Program-made: the position numbers and the translations under genes | The notes under the pieces: generated by a model | What the model saw: the letters and a program-made list of their open reading frames with translations, nothing else | Told to the model about the DNA's origin: nothing | Database searches by the model: none | In this document: positions 36,811-45,424 of the stretch, piece by piece | How the letters are laid out: each line of letters starts with the position of its first letter | How positions within the stretch are numbered: the first letter of the stretch is position 1 | Origin: Blastocatellia bacterium | GTDB lineage: Bacteria > Acidobacteriota > Blastocatellia > RBC074 | Assembly (NCBI GenBank): GCA_049317725.1 | Contig: JBMOHS010000002.1 | Span: 1 to 61,258 of the forward strand | DNA: 61,258 nucleotides | Direction of reading: 5' to 3'

Positions 36811-38616
36811 TCAGGCGAGCCTTGCCCAGGCTCTCTTTCCGATGACCAGAAGACCGATCCATCCGGCGATCAGGGAGATCCAGAGTGGTCCCCGTGGCGG
36901 GCGGTATTCGATCGTCAGGCGATGGGACCCGGGAGGCACGTCCATCAACATCAGGCCGCTCGTCGGTTCCGTGCTGATCGGCAGCGGGACCCCATCAAGC
37001 TCGGCACGCCAGTGCGGATCGGCGTAGGTCGAGAGACGGACCCGAACCGCCGTCTGGTTGACCAGCCGGAATTCGCGCGATTCGAGCCGTTGTGAGAGCG
37101 GTTCTACCGATCCCTCTCCCGCGATCATCTCCAGCCCCCCCGGCCGATCGACCACCCCGTAGAGCGTCGTCTCCGCTCGACGTGGGCGAAAGTAGACTTG
37201 GTTGGCCGTGTAGGCGACGAATTCGACCGCCCCGGCATCCTGCAGACGCAGCCCCTCCTCGAACGACAACGGGTCGACACGTCGTCTGCCCTCCAGCCAC
37301 TCGAGCCGCACAGACCTCTCCACTTCCCCTCGATCTTCTCCATCTTGTTTGGGCCAAAGCCCGACCAGCATCGCGGTCAGGGTCCCCAGCCCCAGCACGA
37401 GCAGCCCCGCCAGCGGGAAGATCAATCGCCACCGCCAGCCAACCAGCCGCTGCCGATCCCGCCAGACACCCATCAGCAAGATTGTGGCGACCAGTGCCGT
37501 CACCGGTTGCCAGCGCCAGGGAAACTGCAAGTACGGCAGACCAGGAACGACCTTCCAGATCCACGACAATGAGGGAACGGCGAGGGCCAACCCGACCAGC
37601 GCCAGCCCGGTTCCCCGATCGGCCAGCCACCCCAGTGGTCCACCGTGACGGCGCAGTCCCCACCAGAGCAACCCGACCAGGGCTGTCTGCCCTAAGACCA
37701 CCAAGCTCGCGACGTCGTTGAAGCCTGCCCAAGCCATCCGGTAGGCCGTGCCATCCGCCGCTGGCGCAAAGAGCAGGTAGTGCCGGTACTCCTGCCGTGC
37801 GACTTGCAGGCCGACCTGCACCTCGCTCAAGCCCTGCACCAGCGGCAGCCAGACCACCGCCATCAGCCCCGCACTCCAGGCGACCCCCACCGCCAGTCGC
37901 ACCAGTCCCGTCTCTCCCAGCCCCTCTCCCCGTCGCCAGCCTCCCCGGAGTTTCAGGCCCAACCAGCTCAGCAACGTCCAGACTCCGAGCAGCCCCACCA
38001 CCAAGTGGGCCAGATAACTCGAGAGAACGTGGGTCATCGCCGTCCCGCACAACCCAACGATCAGCCATCCGATCCCTCTCGCCCGTCGCTCCTTCCCCAG
38101 TAGATCGATCGCTCCCAGCATCACCAATGGCAGAAACCCCATCCCTAACGATTGGGGCAGAAACCCCCGATTGAGCCCAATCATCGCCCAGCCCGGCAGG
38201 AGCACGTACCCAAGCCCCACCCATCCGCTCTCCCAGCGCCCAAAAAATCGCCGAGCCAAGCAGTAGGCGGTACCTTGGTTGAAGACAATCACTAGCACGA
38301 TCGCCAATCGCAGGGAACCCCAGTGCGAGAGACCCAGAATCCACTCGGGAAGTGCCGCCAGCCAATAGAACAGGCGTGGATAGAAGGTGAAGAACCGATC
38401 CCCCCGCCCACCGTCGAGCAACCCTGCCCACTCGACCCACCCCGTACCCTCCCGCAGCGCCTGTCCCATCACTCTCGTCAAGTGATAATGGAGCGGGACA
38501 TCCCCTTGGAGCCCGAAGTCGGTTTCACTCCATCTTCCCCCCAGCAGCAGGCACGCCCCCAGGAGCCATCCTCCCGCCAAGACCCATCCCTGCCACCCCA
38601 CTTTTTTTTGGCCCAT
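36811..38616 (-). CDS. Large polytopic membrane protein, YfhO / PTPS-related (PF10131-like), putative GT-C fold; function unknown
   Basis: The N-terminal motif GDVPLHYHLTRVMGQALREG...FFTFYPRLFYWLAALP resembles the PTPS-related/YfhO membrane family. There are at least 10 hydrophobic helices and a soluble C-terminal domain. The start at 38616 is supported because 38641..38700 is duplicated non-coding leader sequence (see repeats). Confidence 0.55.
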   Translation of the reverse strand: MGQKKVGWQGWVLAGGWLLGACLLLGGRWSETDFGLQGDVPLHYHLTRVMGQALREGTGWVEWAGLLDGGRGDRFFTFYPRLFYWLAALPEWILGLSHWGSLRLAIVLVIVFNQGTAYCLARRFFGRWESGWVGLGYVLLPGWAMIGLNRGFLPQSLGMGFLPLVMLGAIDLLGKERRARGIGWLIVGLCGTAMTHVLSSYLAHLVVGLLGVWTLLSWLGLKLRGGWRRGEGLGETGLVRLAVGVAWSAGLMAVVWLPLVQGLSEVQVGLQVARQEYRHYLLFAPAADGTAYRMAWAGFNDVASLVVLGQTALVGLLWWGLRRHGGPLGWLADRGTGLALVGLALAVPSLSWIWKVVPGLPYLQFPWRWQPVTALVATILLMGVWRDRQRLVGWRWRLIFPLAGLLVLGLGTLTAMLVGLWPKQDGEDRGEVERSVRLEWLEGRRRVDPLSFEEGLRLQDAGAVEFVAYTANQVYFRPRRAETTLYGVVDRPGGLEMIAGEGSVEPLSQRLESREFRLVNQTAVRVRLSTYADPHWRAELDGVPLPISTEPTSGLMLMDVPPGSHRLTIEYRPPRGPLWISLIAGWIGLLVIGKRAWARLA

Positions 38617-38714
38617 CACGTCTCTGTTTCTCCCATCATGTTGAAACGAATCGAGATCTGGTAGTCGAAAAAAGAATGCGGGTCGGAGGGTGCCACGCAA
38701 CCCATTCGAGACTA

Positions 38715-38723
38715 TGGTAATCT
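38715..38723 (+). promoter_or_regulatory. Candidate extended -10 element (TGgTAATCT) for flp copy 1
   Basis: The element is conserved exactly in both flp leaders (second copy at 39506-39514). I found no convincing -35. It would give a 5' UTR of about 190 nt. Confidence 0.25.
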
Positions 38724-38911
38724 AACCCCCGTTGAAAATTGACCTCGACCCTATTTGAAACCGCCAGTCCCTCTCACCCATCCCCTCTGGGCCATTCCTT
38801 TCCGGGAATCTCCCTCAGCCGGATGCCCGGGCTGGCCGAACGTGATTGGTCACCGCAAGGGACAACTTCGTTCCTGCCAGCGGATGATCGAGAGTGAAGG
38901 AGATGGATTCC

Positions 38912-39124
38912 ATGATCAACCAGATTCAAGCCGCGTCGATGAAGTCGTTTGTTCGTTCCTTCGTACGAGATGAGCAGGGCCAAGATATTGTCGAGTACTC
39001 CCTGCTCCTCGTGCTGATCGGTGCCGCTTCTGTCTTTGTGCTGACCACCATGGGTACCAGCATCACCAGCATCTTCAGCAAGATCGGCTCGCGTCTCGAG
39101 AACGCCAACCAGGCAATCTCCTAG
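38912..39124 (+). CDS. flp: Flp/Fap family type IVc prepilin, copy 1
   Basis: The leader plus GQDIVEYSLLLVLIGAASVF matches the Flp G/xxxxEY processing motif and hydrophobic core. ATG at 38912 lies 9 nt after a GAAGGAG SD. Confidence 0.85.
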   Translation: MINQIQAASMKSFVRSFVRDEQGQDIVEYSLLLVLIGAASVFVLTTMGTSITSIFSKIGSRLENANQAIS

Positions 39125-39177
39125 TCTGTTCCAGCTCTTTTCATGAGTGTCTTTCTCCCTTCAGGGAGAGGATTCGT

Positions 39178-39199
39178 CCTCTCCCTCTCCAGGGAGGGG
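39178..39199 (+). terminator. GC-rich hairpin downstream of flp copy 1 (possible terminator or attenuator)
   Basis: The hairpin is cctctccct-ctcc-agggagggg, a 9-bp stem including one G-U pair, with no U-tract. A second small hairpin (ctccc-ttca-gggag) lies at 39155-39168. Confidence 0.3.
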
Positions 39200-39505
39200 A
39201 CTGGAAGCAAGGGACGTCAGGTAGCGAAGTCGTCGTCCCCTGCAATCTGTTTCCTGCCATCGTCCTCCCCCACCGCCGACAATCGACCTGCGTCACCCCA
39301 GGGATTTTTCTGTCTTGCTGGCCCCTCTGCCCTCCTTGGTGAGGGCTGTCTGGCTGCCAGTTCATCGCTCATTCTGCGATTCTCCTCTTCCATTTCTCAT
39401 CGAATGATGAGATTTTTCCTCTTATCGTATTGAAAAGAATTGAGATCCGCTCGTTGAAAAAAAAGAATGCTGGTTGGGCCATGCCACGCAACCCATCCGC
39501 CACTA

Positions 39506-39514
39506 TGGTAATCT
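39506..39514 (+). promoter_or_regulatory. Candidate extended -10 element (TGgTAATCT) for flp copy 2
   Basis: This 9-mer and its flanks (actatggtaatctaa) are the same as in copy 1. Confidence 0.25.
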
Positions 39515-39673
39515 AAGCCGCGTTGAAAGTTGACGTCGACCTTGACGTCGACCCCATTTGAAACTGCCCGTCCCCCTCAGATGGACCCTGGGATTGGCCG
39601 AACGTGACCGGTCGCCGCGCAGAGGAGGTTCGTTCCTCGCCGTGGGCGATTGAGAGTCAAGGAGATGGATTCC

Positions 39674-39886
39674 ATGATCAACAAGATTGAAGCTACGTCG
39701 GTGAAGTCGTTTGTTCGTTCCTTCGTGCGAGATGAGCAAGGCCAGGATATCGTCGAGTACTCCCTGCTCCTCGTGCTGATCGGTGCCGCCGCTGTCTTCG
39801 TGCTGACCACCATGGGCACCAGCATCACCAGCATTTTCAGCAAGATCGGTTCACGGCTTCAGAACGCCAACGCGGCAATTTCCTAG
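39674..39886 (+). CDS. flp: Flp/Fap family type IVc prepilin, copy 2
   Basis: 63 of 70 residues are identical to copy 1, with the same GQDIVEY motif and the same SD context. Confidence 0.85.
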   Translation: MINKIEATSVKSFVRSFVRDEQGQDIVEYSLLLVLIGAAAVFVLTTMGTSITSIFSKIGSRLQNANAAIS

Positions 39887-40515
39887 TCTGTCCGGGTCCC
39901 TTTGCGCCTCTCCCTCCAAAAGAGGGGGAGAAAGGGAGGGGCTCTAAGATGAGCGCGTCAGTGCAGCCGTGAGACGGGGGCCACTCGAAACGGTCCCTTT
40001 GACTAGAGAGCCAGCCGGGCAGAACAGGCCTGAGTTGAGCACGCCATTGGAGTGGCAGGTCAGACGGTTGCCTTGAGCGTTTAGTGTTCTCTTGCCCATC
40101 ACTCGACTTGAATTTGTCTTGAACAGGGTTTGATCAGCCGGCGGATTCATCCTTGCCGTGCTCCTCTGCAGGTATCTGATCCCAGCCCCCTCGCCCCCTC
40201 CCGTTCGACCATTCACGGTTGAGAGAAAGGGGCGGGATCGAGGATCGGAGCCACCCGGAGAATGTCCGGGACACCTTCCTGATCCGGTTCAAATGCACCG
40301 CTCAGACCGGGAAGGATTGACAGGGAGCCGGTACGGGTCTTCCCCTCCACGAACCGCGCAACACCACCTCTTTTTCACTGGCGACTTCTCTCAGAGGGTT
40401 GAGCGTCTGGGCTTCTCCCGTGCCTGCTCTTCGTGTTCCTGTGCGGTACGATCCGGGAGGGTTCGTTGGTGGGGCCAGTTTCGTGGTGGCTGACTCATTC
40501 CTCTTGGGATTCAGT

Positions 40516-41115
40516 ATGATCGGACCACTCGCCGAGCTGACGATCTTCTCTCCAACCATTGTCCCCGTCTCCGTGGGAGTCCGGGATCTCGGGTTGACGG
40601 CGCTGGTGATCATCGTGGCAATCTTCGACGGGAGGTTTCGGCGGATCCCCAATCGGATCGTCTTCCCGGCGATGCTGGTTGGGTCGATCAGCCACCTTGG
40701 CTGGCCAGGAGAACTGGGAAGAGCTGCGGGCATCATCGGAATCCTCGTTGCCTTTCTCCTCCTTCTCTTGCCCTACGTTACGGGTGGAATGAAGGCGGGA
40801 GATGTCAAGTTGCTGATGGCGATCGGTGCCTTCACCGGCGGTTGGGGAGTCGTCGAGGTTCTGCTCGTCACGCTTCTCTGTTATCCGGCTTTGGCCCTCT
40901 TCGCCGTTGTCCGCGAGCGGAAGATTCGGCTCACATGGCTCCGTTTTCGACGGGTCTTGTGCAATTTTCTGGGTCTCTTTCTGCCGATGCTGAAGTGGTA
41001 CGCCATTCGGCTCGACAGTCTGGATGATTCGTCGATCTCTTCAGTGACGACCCCCTTTGGGGTCGCCCTCGCCGTCGGGACTGTGCTGACGCAGTATGCG
41101 CTCTCTCTTTGGTAA
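40516..41115 (+). CDS. cpaA: Prepilin peptidase CpaA/TadV (A24 aspartic peptidase)
   Basis: The two catalytic-Asp contexts are VAIFDGRFRRIPN and GGMKAGDVKLLMAIGAF, and the protein has multiple TM helices. Confidence 0.85.
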   Translation: MIGPLAELTIFSPTIVPVSVGVRDLGLTALVIIVAIFDGRFRRIPNRIVFPAMLVGSISHLGWPGELGRAAGIIGILVAFLLLLLPYVTGGMKAGDVKLLMAIGAFTGGWGVVEVLLVTLLCYPALALFAVVRERKIRLTWLRFRRVLCNFLGLFLPMLKWYAIRLDSLDDSSISSVTTPFGVALAVGTVLTQYALSLW

Positions 41116-41178
41116 TGAGAGCGGGTCACTCGTCCAAGCCCGCTTTTCTGGTGTTACGGTGACGTTACGGTGGCAAAG

Positions 41179-41766
41179 ATGAATCTGGTCGGGAGTCGAA
41201 AGCTTGGAAGGAGGGTGTCAGGGAGGATTCAACCGCTCACCCCACCCTCTCTTCTTGGCAGGTCATCGGTGCGACTGCTCCGGAATGTTCCCCGCCGCGG
41301 AGAGACAGGACAATCGTTGATCGAATTTGCCCTGGTCGTTCCGGTTCTCTTCGTCATGTTGCTCGGAGTCATCTTCATCGCTCGTGGGTTCAATCTACAG
41401 ATGGTCCTGCACGGAGCCGCCTATGAAGGCGCACGCGTCTGGGCAAGCAACCCCACCATTGGCAGCGCCAACTACTGTACCCCGCCGGCGTGCAATCCTG
41501 ACACTGGGACAGCGATCAACTTCGAGCGATACATTGTTCCGGTGGTCCGTCAGTATGTGACCAACAATGGGTTCGATGGGAGCAAGGTCCAGTTCTTCTC
41601 CAAGGACGCGCGGGCCTATCAAAACGCGCTGACGTTGATCAGCAATGATCGGCAATTGGTGCGGGTGACGATTCTCTACACGATCGAGTTGCCGATTGGG
41701 AACTTTGCCCAAGGGTTTCAGAGTATCGATGTGTCGGCCAGTTGCACCCTCAAGCGGGGAAGTTGA
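41179..41766 (+). CDS. TadE-like pseudopilin (minor pilin) 1
   Basis: The TadE N-terminal motif is [31 protein letters not shown]. The start is uncertain (41170, 41179, or a later GTG near 41269). Confidence 0.75.
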   Translation: MNLVGSRKLGRRVSGRIQPLTPPSLLGRSSVRLLRNVPRRGETGQSLIEFALVVPVLFVMLLGVIFIARGFNLQMVLHGAAYEGARVWASNPTIGSANYCTPPACNPDTGTAINFERYIVPVVRQYVTNNGFDGSKVQFFSKDARAYQNALTLISNDRQLVRVTILYTIELPIGNFAQGFQSIDVSASCTLKRGS

Positions 41767-41779
41767 AGGAGGCGGGGAG

Positions 41780-42331
41780 ATGGCAGTGATCGATGCGTCC
41801 CGTCGCCGCGGGCGTCCTGGGTTGTCAGAGCGAGGCCAGTCAATGGCCGAGATGGCACTGGTCCTTCCGCTCTTTCTTCTTCTAGTCTTTGGCATTGTGG
41901 AGATCGGACGCGCCTTTGCCGCACGCCAAGCCTTGACCAGCGCCGCCCGTGAAGGGGCAAGAATTCTCGTCTTGCCGTTCGGCCCGGGCCTTCCTTACAC
42001 CACGGAAGGTGCCGTCCAAGCGGCAGCCCTCAATCGGGCTCGGTCCTACCTCTCCTCGTCCGGCGTCTCGGTTGGGCAAGAGACAGAGATCCGCCGAATT
42101 CGCCTCTCGCCGGGAGACGATGGGGCCTATGGAACCAGTGACGACCCTGCACCTGAGCCGGACTACACTGGTGCCGTTCGTGGGGAGCGGGTCGGCCTGC
42201 AGATCACACATCAGTTCGAGACTCCATTGCCCATGGTCGTCCGAATCATTGGCGATCGGGACGGATCGGCTCCGAGCAGTTCGGCCGTCACCATCCGGTT
42301 GCGCGCCGCCAGCTACATGGCTCATGAATAG
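41780..42331 (+). CDS. TadE/TadF-like pseudopilin (minor pilin) 2
   Basis: The motif is SERGQSMAEMALVLPLFLLLVFGIVEIGRAF. ATG at 41780 is preceded by a GGAGG SD. Confidence 0.75.
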   Translation: MAVIDASRRRGRPGLSERGQSMAEMALVLPLFLLLVFGIVEIGRAFAARQALTSAAREGARILVLPFGPGLPYTTEGAVQAAALNRARSYLSSSGVSVGQETEIRRIRLSPGDDGAYGTSDDPAPEPDYTGAVRGERVGLQITHQFETPLPMVVRIIGDRDGSAPSSSAVTIRLRAASYMAHE

Positions 42332-42347
42332 TTACGACTCACGGTGA

Positions 42348-42450
42348 GGAAGAGGTGATTGCACCACCAAGGCACAGAGATCACCGAGAGGAAGATAGGA
42401 CCCTTTGAACTTCATTGATGCCGTGAGTAGTGGCAGATCACTTGCCGCAC
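42348..42450 (+). repeat. Intergenic repeat family, copy B (compact form), inside the Tad operon between tadE-like 2 and cpaB
   Basis: The alignment is described under copy A. The flanking 8-nt segments actcacgg (42337-42344) and ccgtgagt (42421-42428) are reverse complements. Confidence 0.6.
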
Positions 42451-42614
42451 GAAAGAGGGACGACGGGGACGACCCGGATCGTCCATCCAGACGGCTCCTC
42501 AGTCGAGCGAGACATTGACAGACGAAACCTCCTTCGGTGAAAACGGTCACCCGCCTGACGAAGCAGGAGATGGCCAGACCGGGATGGATCCGGGATGGAT
42601 GGAGAAGACAAGAG

Positions 42615-43538
42615 ATGAATAAACGATTTCTATTGGCGCTGGCAGGGGCGGTCTTTTTTGGACTGGTCTCGATCTATGCGGCGAAGTTCTTCCTGGAAAG
42701 CCGCCTCAACCAAGCTCGCGTCCGGCAGCAGCAAGGAGTGGTCGCGGCGGCGGTCGACATCGCCCCGGGCACCCGCATCGAGCCACAGCACATTACCGTT
42801 ACCCAATACCCACGGGAGCTGCTGCCCGAGCAGGCGATGATTCAGCAATCGGAGGTGCTCGGACGGGTGGCAATCGCGGAGATTCCCGCGAGGATGCCAG
42901 TTCTCAGTCGCTACCTTGCCGGCGTCGGGGCCCAGCCAGGGATCTCCGGTGTGACTGCGGCAGGGATGAGGGCTGTCTCGGTCCGCGTCGATGAGGCGAG
43001 CAGCGTGGGAGGATTTGTCTCCCCGGGGACCTACGTCGATGTCATCGCGATCATGCAGCCGCAATTGGAAGGGGCCCGGCAAGTCTCCAAGGTCATTCTC
43101 CAGAAGGTGAGGGTTCTCGCGGGCGGGCAGCAGATGCAGAACCGCGCCGAGGGGAAGCCCACCCTCGTCAACACGGTTACGCTTGAGGTCACGCCGGCTC
43201 AGGCCGAGAAATTGAAGTTGGCGGAAGCGGAGGGGCGATTGCAACTCTCGATTCGCAACGCGACCGATCTTGTCATCGAGACGACACCGGGGGCGACGCG
43301 CCGGGATGTGATCAACGACGTCGCCCTCGAGCAGCGGGCGCTCGAGGGCGCCCGAGCCGCAGGTTCAGCCCCGCCAAGGAGCGGTGTCTCCGGTCCAACG
43401 AGCGAGCCTCCTGTGCGCACCCGTCCCGTCGTGGCTCCCGCAAGCGATCCTGCGCCAGCCAAGAAACCGACTCCCGCTCCCCCCACCATCGAGCTGATTG
43501 AAGGGGCGAAGCGGTCGCAAATCCAGATTATCCCGTAA
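42615..43538 (+). CDS. cpaB: Flp pilus assembly protein CpaB/RcpC (SAF domain)
   Basis: The N-terminal anchor is [23 protein letters not shown], followed by the SAF-like stretch [19 protein letters not shown] and a Pro/Ala-rich C-terminus. Confidence 0.85.
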   Translation: MNKRFLLALAGAVFFGLVSIYAAKFFLESRLNQARVRQQQGVVAAAVDIAPGTRIEPQHITVTQYPRELLPEQAMIQQSEVLGRVAIAEIPARMPVLSRYLAGVGAQPGISGVTAAGMRAVSVRVDEASSVGGFVSPGTYVDVIAIMQPQLEGARQVSKVILQKVRVLAGGQQMQNRAEGKPTLVNTVTLEVTPAQAEKLKLAEAEGRLQLSIRNATDLVIETTPGATRRDVINDVALEQRALEGARAAGSAPPRSGVSGPTSEPPVRTRPVVAPASDPAPAKKPTPAPPTIELIEGAKRSQIQIIP

Positions 43539-43598
43539 GGGGGTGTCAGCCGATCGACCTTCAGCCTCCCCCACGATTCGGGAGACCTGAACGAAGCG

Positions 43599-45317
43599 AT
43601 GACTCCAACGTCCACTATCGAGAACCATATGATGCGAAGAGATTCCGTGAGCAGAGAAGGGACACCGCCTCCTCCACCGTCCTCCCCGGTGAGGACCATC
43701 GACTCAACCCGCCATCCTCGTCGTCAGTTCCAAGCCAGGCGCCGGGCGGCCATTCTGATCTTTTCGGCCCTCTCGGTGCTTGGTCTGCTGGGGCAGTCGG
43801 CCAGGGCACAAGAGCGTGCGGCGCTGAAGGTCTCTTTTGGCAATGCCCAATCGACGGTTCGGGTCGACATCCTCGTCGGGCAGTCCCGCCTTCTCGAGTT
43901 CGACGAGGAGTACGAGCGCGTCTCGATCTCGGGAGAGAAGGTGGCCGAGGTGGTGCCGATCACCACCCGACAAGTGATGATCAACGGTCTCAGTTTTGGT
44001 CAGGTCAACTTGGTGGTCTGGGCGCGCGGCGCCACGACGGCGTCCCCGCGCATGCTGATCTTCGATCTTAATGTGCAGGCCAATCTGACCCTCATCGACA
44101 ATCAGATCAAGATGCTCTTTCCCAAGGAGAACATCCAACTGAGCCAGGCCAACAACTCCGTGGTGCTTTCTGGGACCGTTACCCGTCCGGAGCTGGCCGA
44201 ACAGGCGCAGAAGATCATTGAGGCGGCTGGCCTCAAGGTCACCAACCTCTTGAAGAGCCCAGTCCTCGACGCCGCCCAGGTCCAGTTGCAGGTCCGCATT
44301 GCCGAGGTCAATCGACAAGTGCTCCGCCAGATTGCGCCGGCCTATGGGATCCAGAACACGCGCCTTCCCACCTACATCAACCCGAGCGGCCCCGCTCAAT
44401 TCAGCAACATCCCACTAGCGGGGAGAGGAGCCGCTGGCTCGCTCTTCGATGTGACGGCGAGCCCAGCCATCAACCTCTTCGTCGGCAGCATCGTTGGCGG
44501 GACAGTCATCCAAGGGTTTCTCAATGCGATGTACTCGCGGGGCGCCCTCCGTGATCTCGCCGAGCCCAACTTGATCGCGATGCACGGCCAGACCGCCAAC
44601 TTTCTCGCCGGCGGGGAGTTTCCGATTCCGGTCGTGCAGGCCGTGACCCAGGGGCAGAGCGCCGTGACCATCATCTACAAGGAGTTTGGCGTCAAGCTCT
44701 CTTTCACCCCGACTATTCTCGATGAAGATCACATCCGTCTCGAACTGGAGCCGGAGGTCTCCAGCCTCGACATCACCGCGGCGATTCAGTTGTCAGGCTT
44801 CACGATCCCTGGACTGCGGGTGCGTCGGGCGAAGACGACCCTCGAGTTGCGCAACGGGCAGAGCTTTGCTCTGGCCGGGTTGATCGACAACTCGGAGCAG
44901 GTCAACCTCGCCAAGTTCCCCTTGCTGGGGGATATCCCGCTGATCGGAGAGCTCTTCAAGAGCCGCAGTTTCCGGCGCAACGAGACGGAGCTTCTCTTTC
45001 TGGCGACGGTCAAGATCGTTGAGCCACTCAATCCGGACCAACTCCCGCGCCTCCCAGGGGTGAGTGATACTCCGACTGGCGCACCGACTCCCGGGGCTTC
45101 CGGACCAGTAACACCCGACGGCAAGATCGAGGGACAGTCGGGCCATGCCGGGCCCCGTCGGCCGGACAATGTCCAAGCTCTCCCCTCAACTCCAGTAGTG
45201 ACTCCTCCCAAGGAGTCCACTGCCGCCAGCGAGACCCGTCCACCCGCGGCGATCCTTGGACCCGTTGGTCCTGACAAACCGCTCCCGGGGACGAATGGTC
45301 AGAAACGACCAGAGTGA
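43599..45317 (+). CDS. cpaC: Tad secretin CpaC/RcpA
   Basis: The secretin core is [25 protein letters not shown]...GVKLSFTP...[20 protein letters not shown]...[16 protein letters not shown]. The start is uncertain. Confidence 0.9.
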   Translation: MTPTSTIENHMMRRDSVSREGTPPPPPSSPVRTIDSTRHPRRQFQARRRAAILIFSALSVLGLLGQSARAQERAALKVSFGNAQSTVRVDILVGQSRLLEFDEEYERVSISGEKVAEVVPITTRQVMINGLSFGQVNLVVWARGATTASPRMLIFDLNVQANLTLIDNQIKMLFPKENIQLSQANNSVVLSGTVTRPELAEQAQKIIEAAGLKVTNLLKSPVLDAAQVQLQVRIAEVNRQVLRQIAPAYGIQNTRLPTYINPSGPAQFSNIPLAGRGAAGSLFDVTASPAINLFVGSIVGGTVIQGFLNAMYSRGALRDLAEPNLIAMHGQTANFLAGGEFPIPVVQAVTQGQSAVTIIYKEFGVKLSFTPTILDEDHIRLELEPEVSSLDITAAIQLSGFTIPGLRVRRAKTTLELRNGQSFALAGLIDNSEQVNLAKFPLLGDIPLIGELFKSRSFRRNETELLFLATVKIVEPLNPDQLPRLPGVSDTPTGAPTPGASGPVTPDGKIEGQSGHAGPRRPDNVQALPSTPVVTPPKESTAASETRPPAAILGPVGPDKPLPGTNGQKRPE

Positions 45318-45424
45318 GGCCCAAGGCTCGGATCGGATCAGGCCTTCTTCCAGCCTGAATGATTCCCGACATATTGCCCGATCGGCAACTTGTCCGATCG
45401 ACATATTGGTGGTTAAACTTGAAG

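Larger units (their letters stand above)
38641..39133 (+). repeat. Tandem duplicated flp cassette, copy 1 (about 270-nt leader plus flp)
   Basis: By-eye alignment with 39430..39895 shows shared blocks: ttgaaa.gaat.gagatc, aaaaagaatgc.ggt.gg, tgccacgcaacccat, actatggtaatctaa, gttgaaa.ttgac.tcgacc, atttgaaac.gcc, ggccgaacgtga, and then the SD and coding sequence. Confidence 0.85.
39430..39895 (+). repeat. Tandem duplicated flp cassette, copy 2
   Basis: This copy is collinear with copy 1. The offset is 789 nt at the 5' end and 762 nt at the ATG start codons (38912 vs 39674), so the leaders differ by indels, including an internal direct duplication ttgacgtcgacc x2 in copy 2. Confidence 0.85.

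Noticed and set aside
38690-38730. Possible c-di-GMP-I (GEMM) riboswitch in the flp leaders, because cacgcaacccattcga superficially resembles part of the Vc2 aptamer (CACGCA...ACCAUUCGA) and GEMM often precedes pilus genes.
   Set aside because: The conserved GGCAAA and GACGCAAAGC elements and the GNRA tetraloop/receptor architecture are absent. The loop sequence differs completely between the two copies (tcgagact versus ccgccact).
39944-40216. Minus-strand ORF (90 aa; or 51 aa from MGKRTLNAQG...) between flp2 and cpaA as a possible small secreted or RiPP-like peptide.
   Set aside because: No SD is present at either candidate start. The orientation is opposite to the whole locus, no motif is recognisable, and codon bias is weak.
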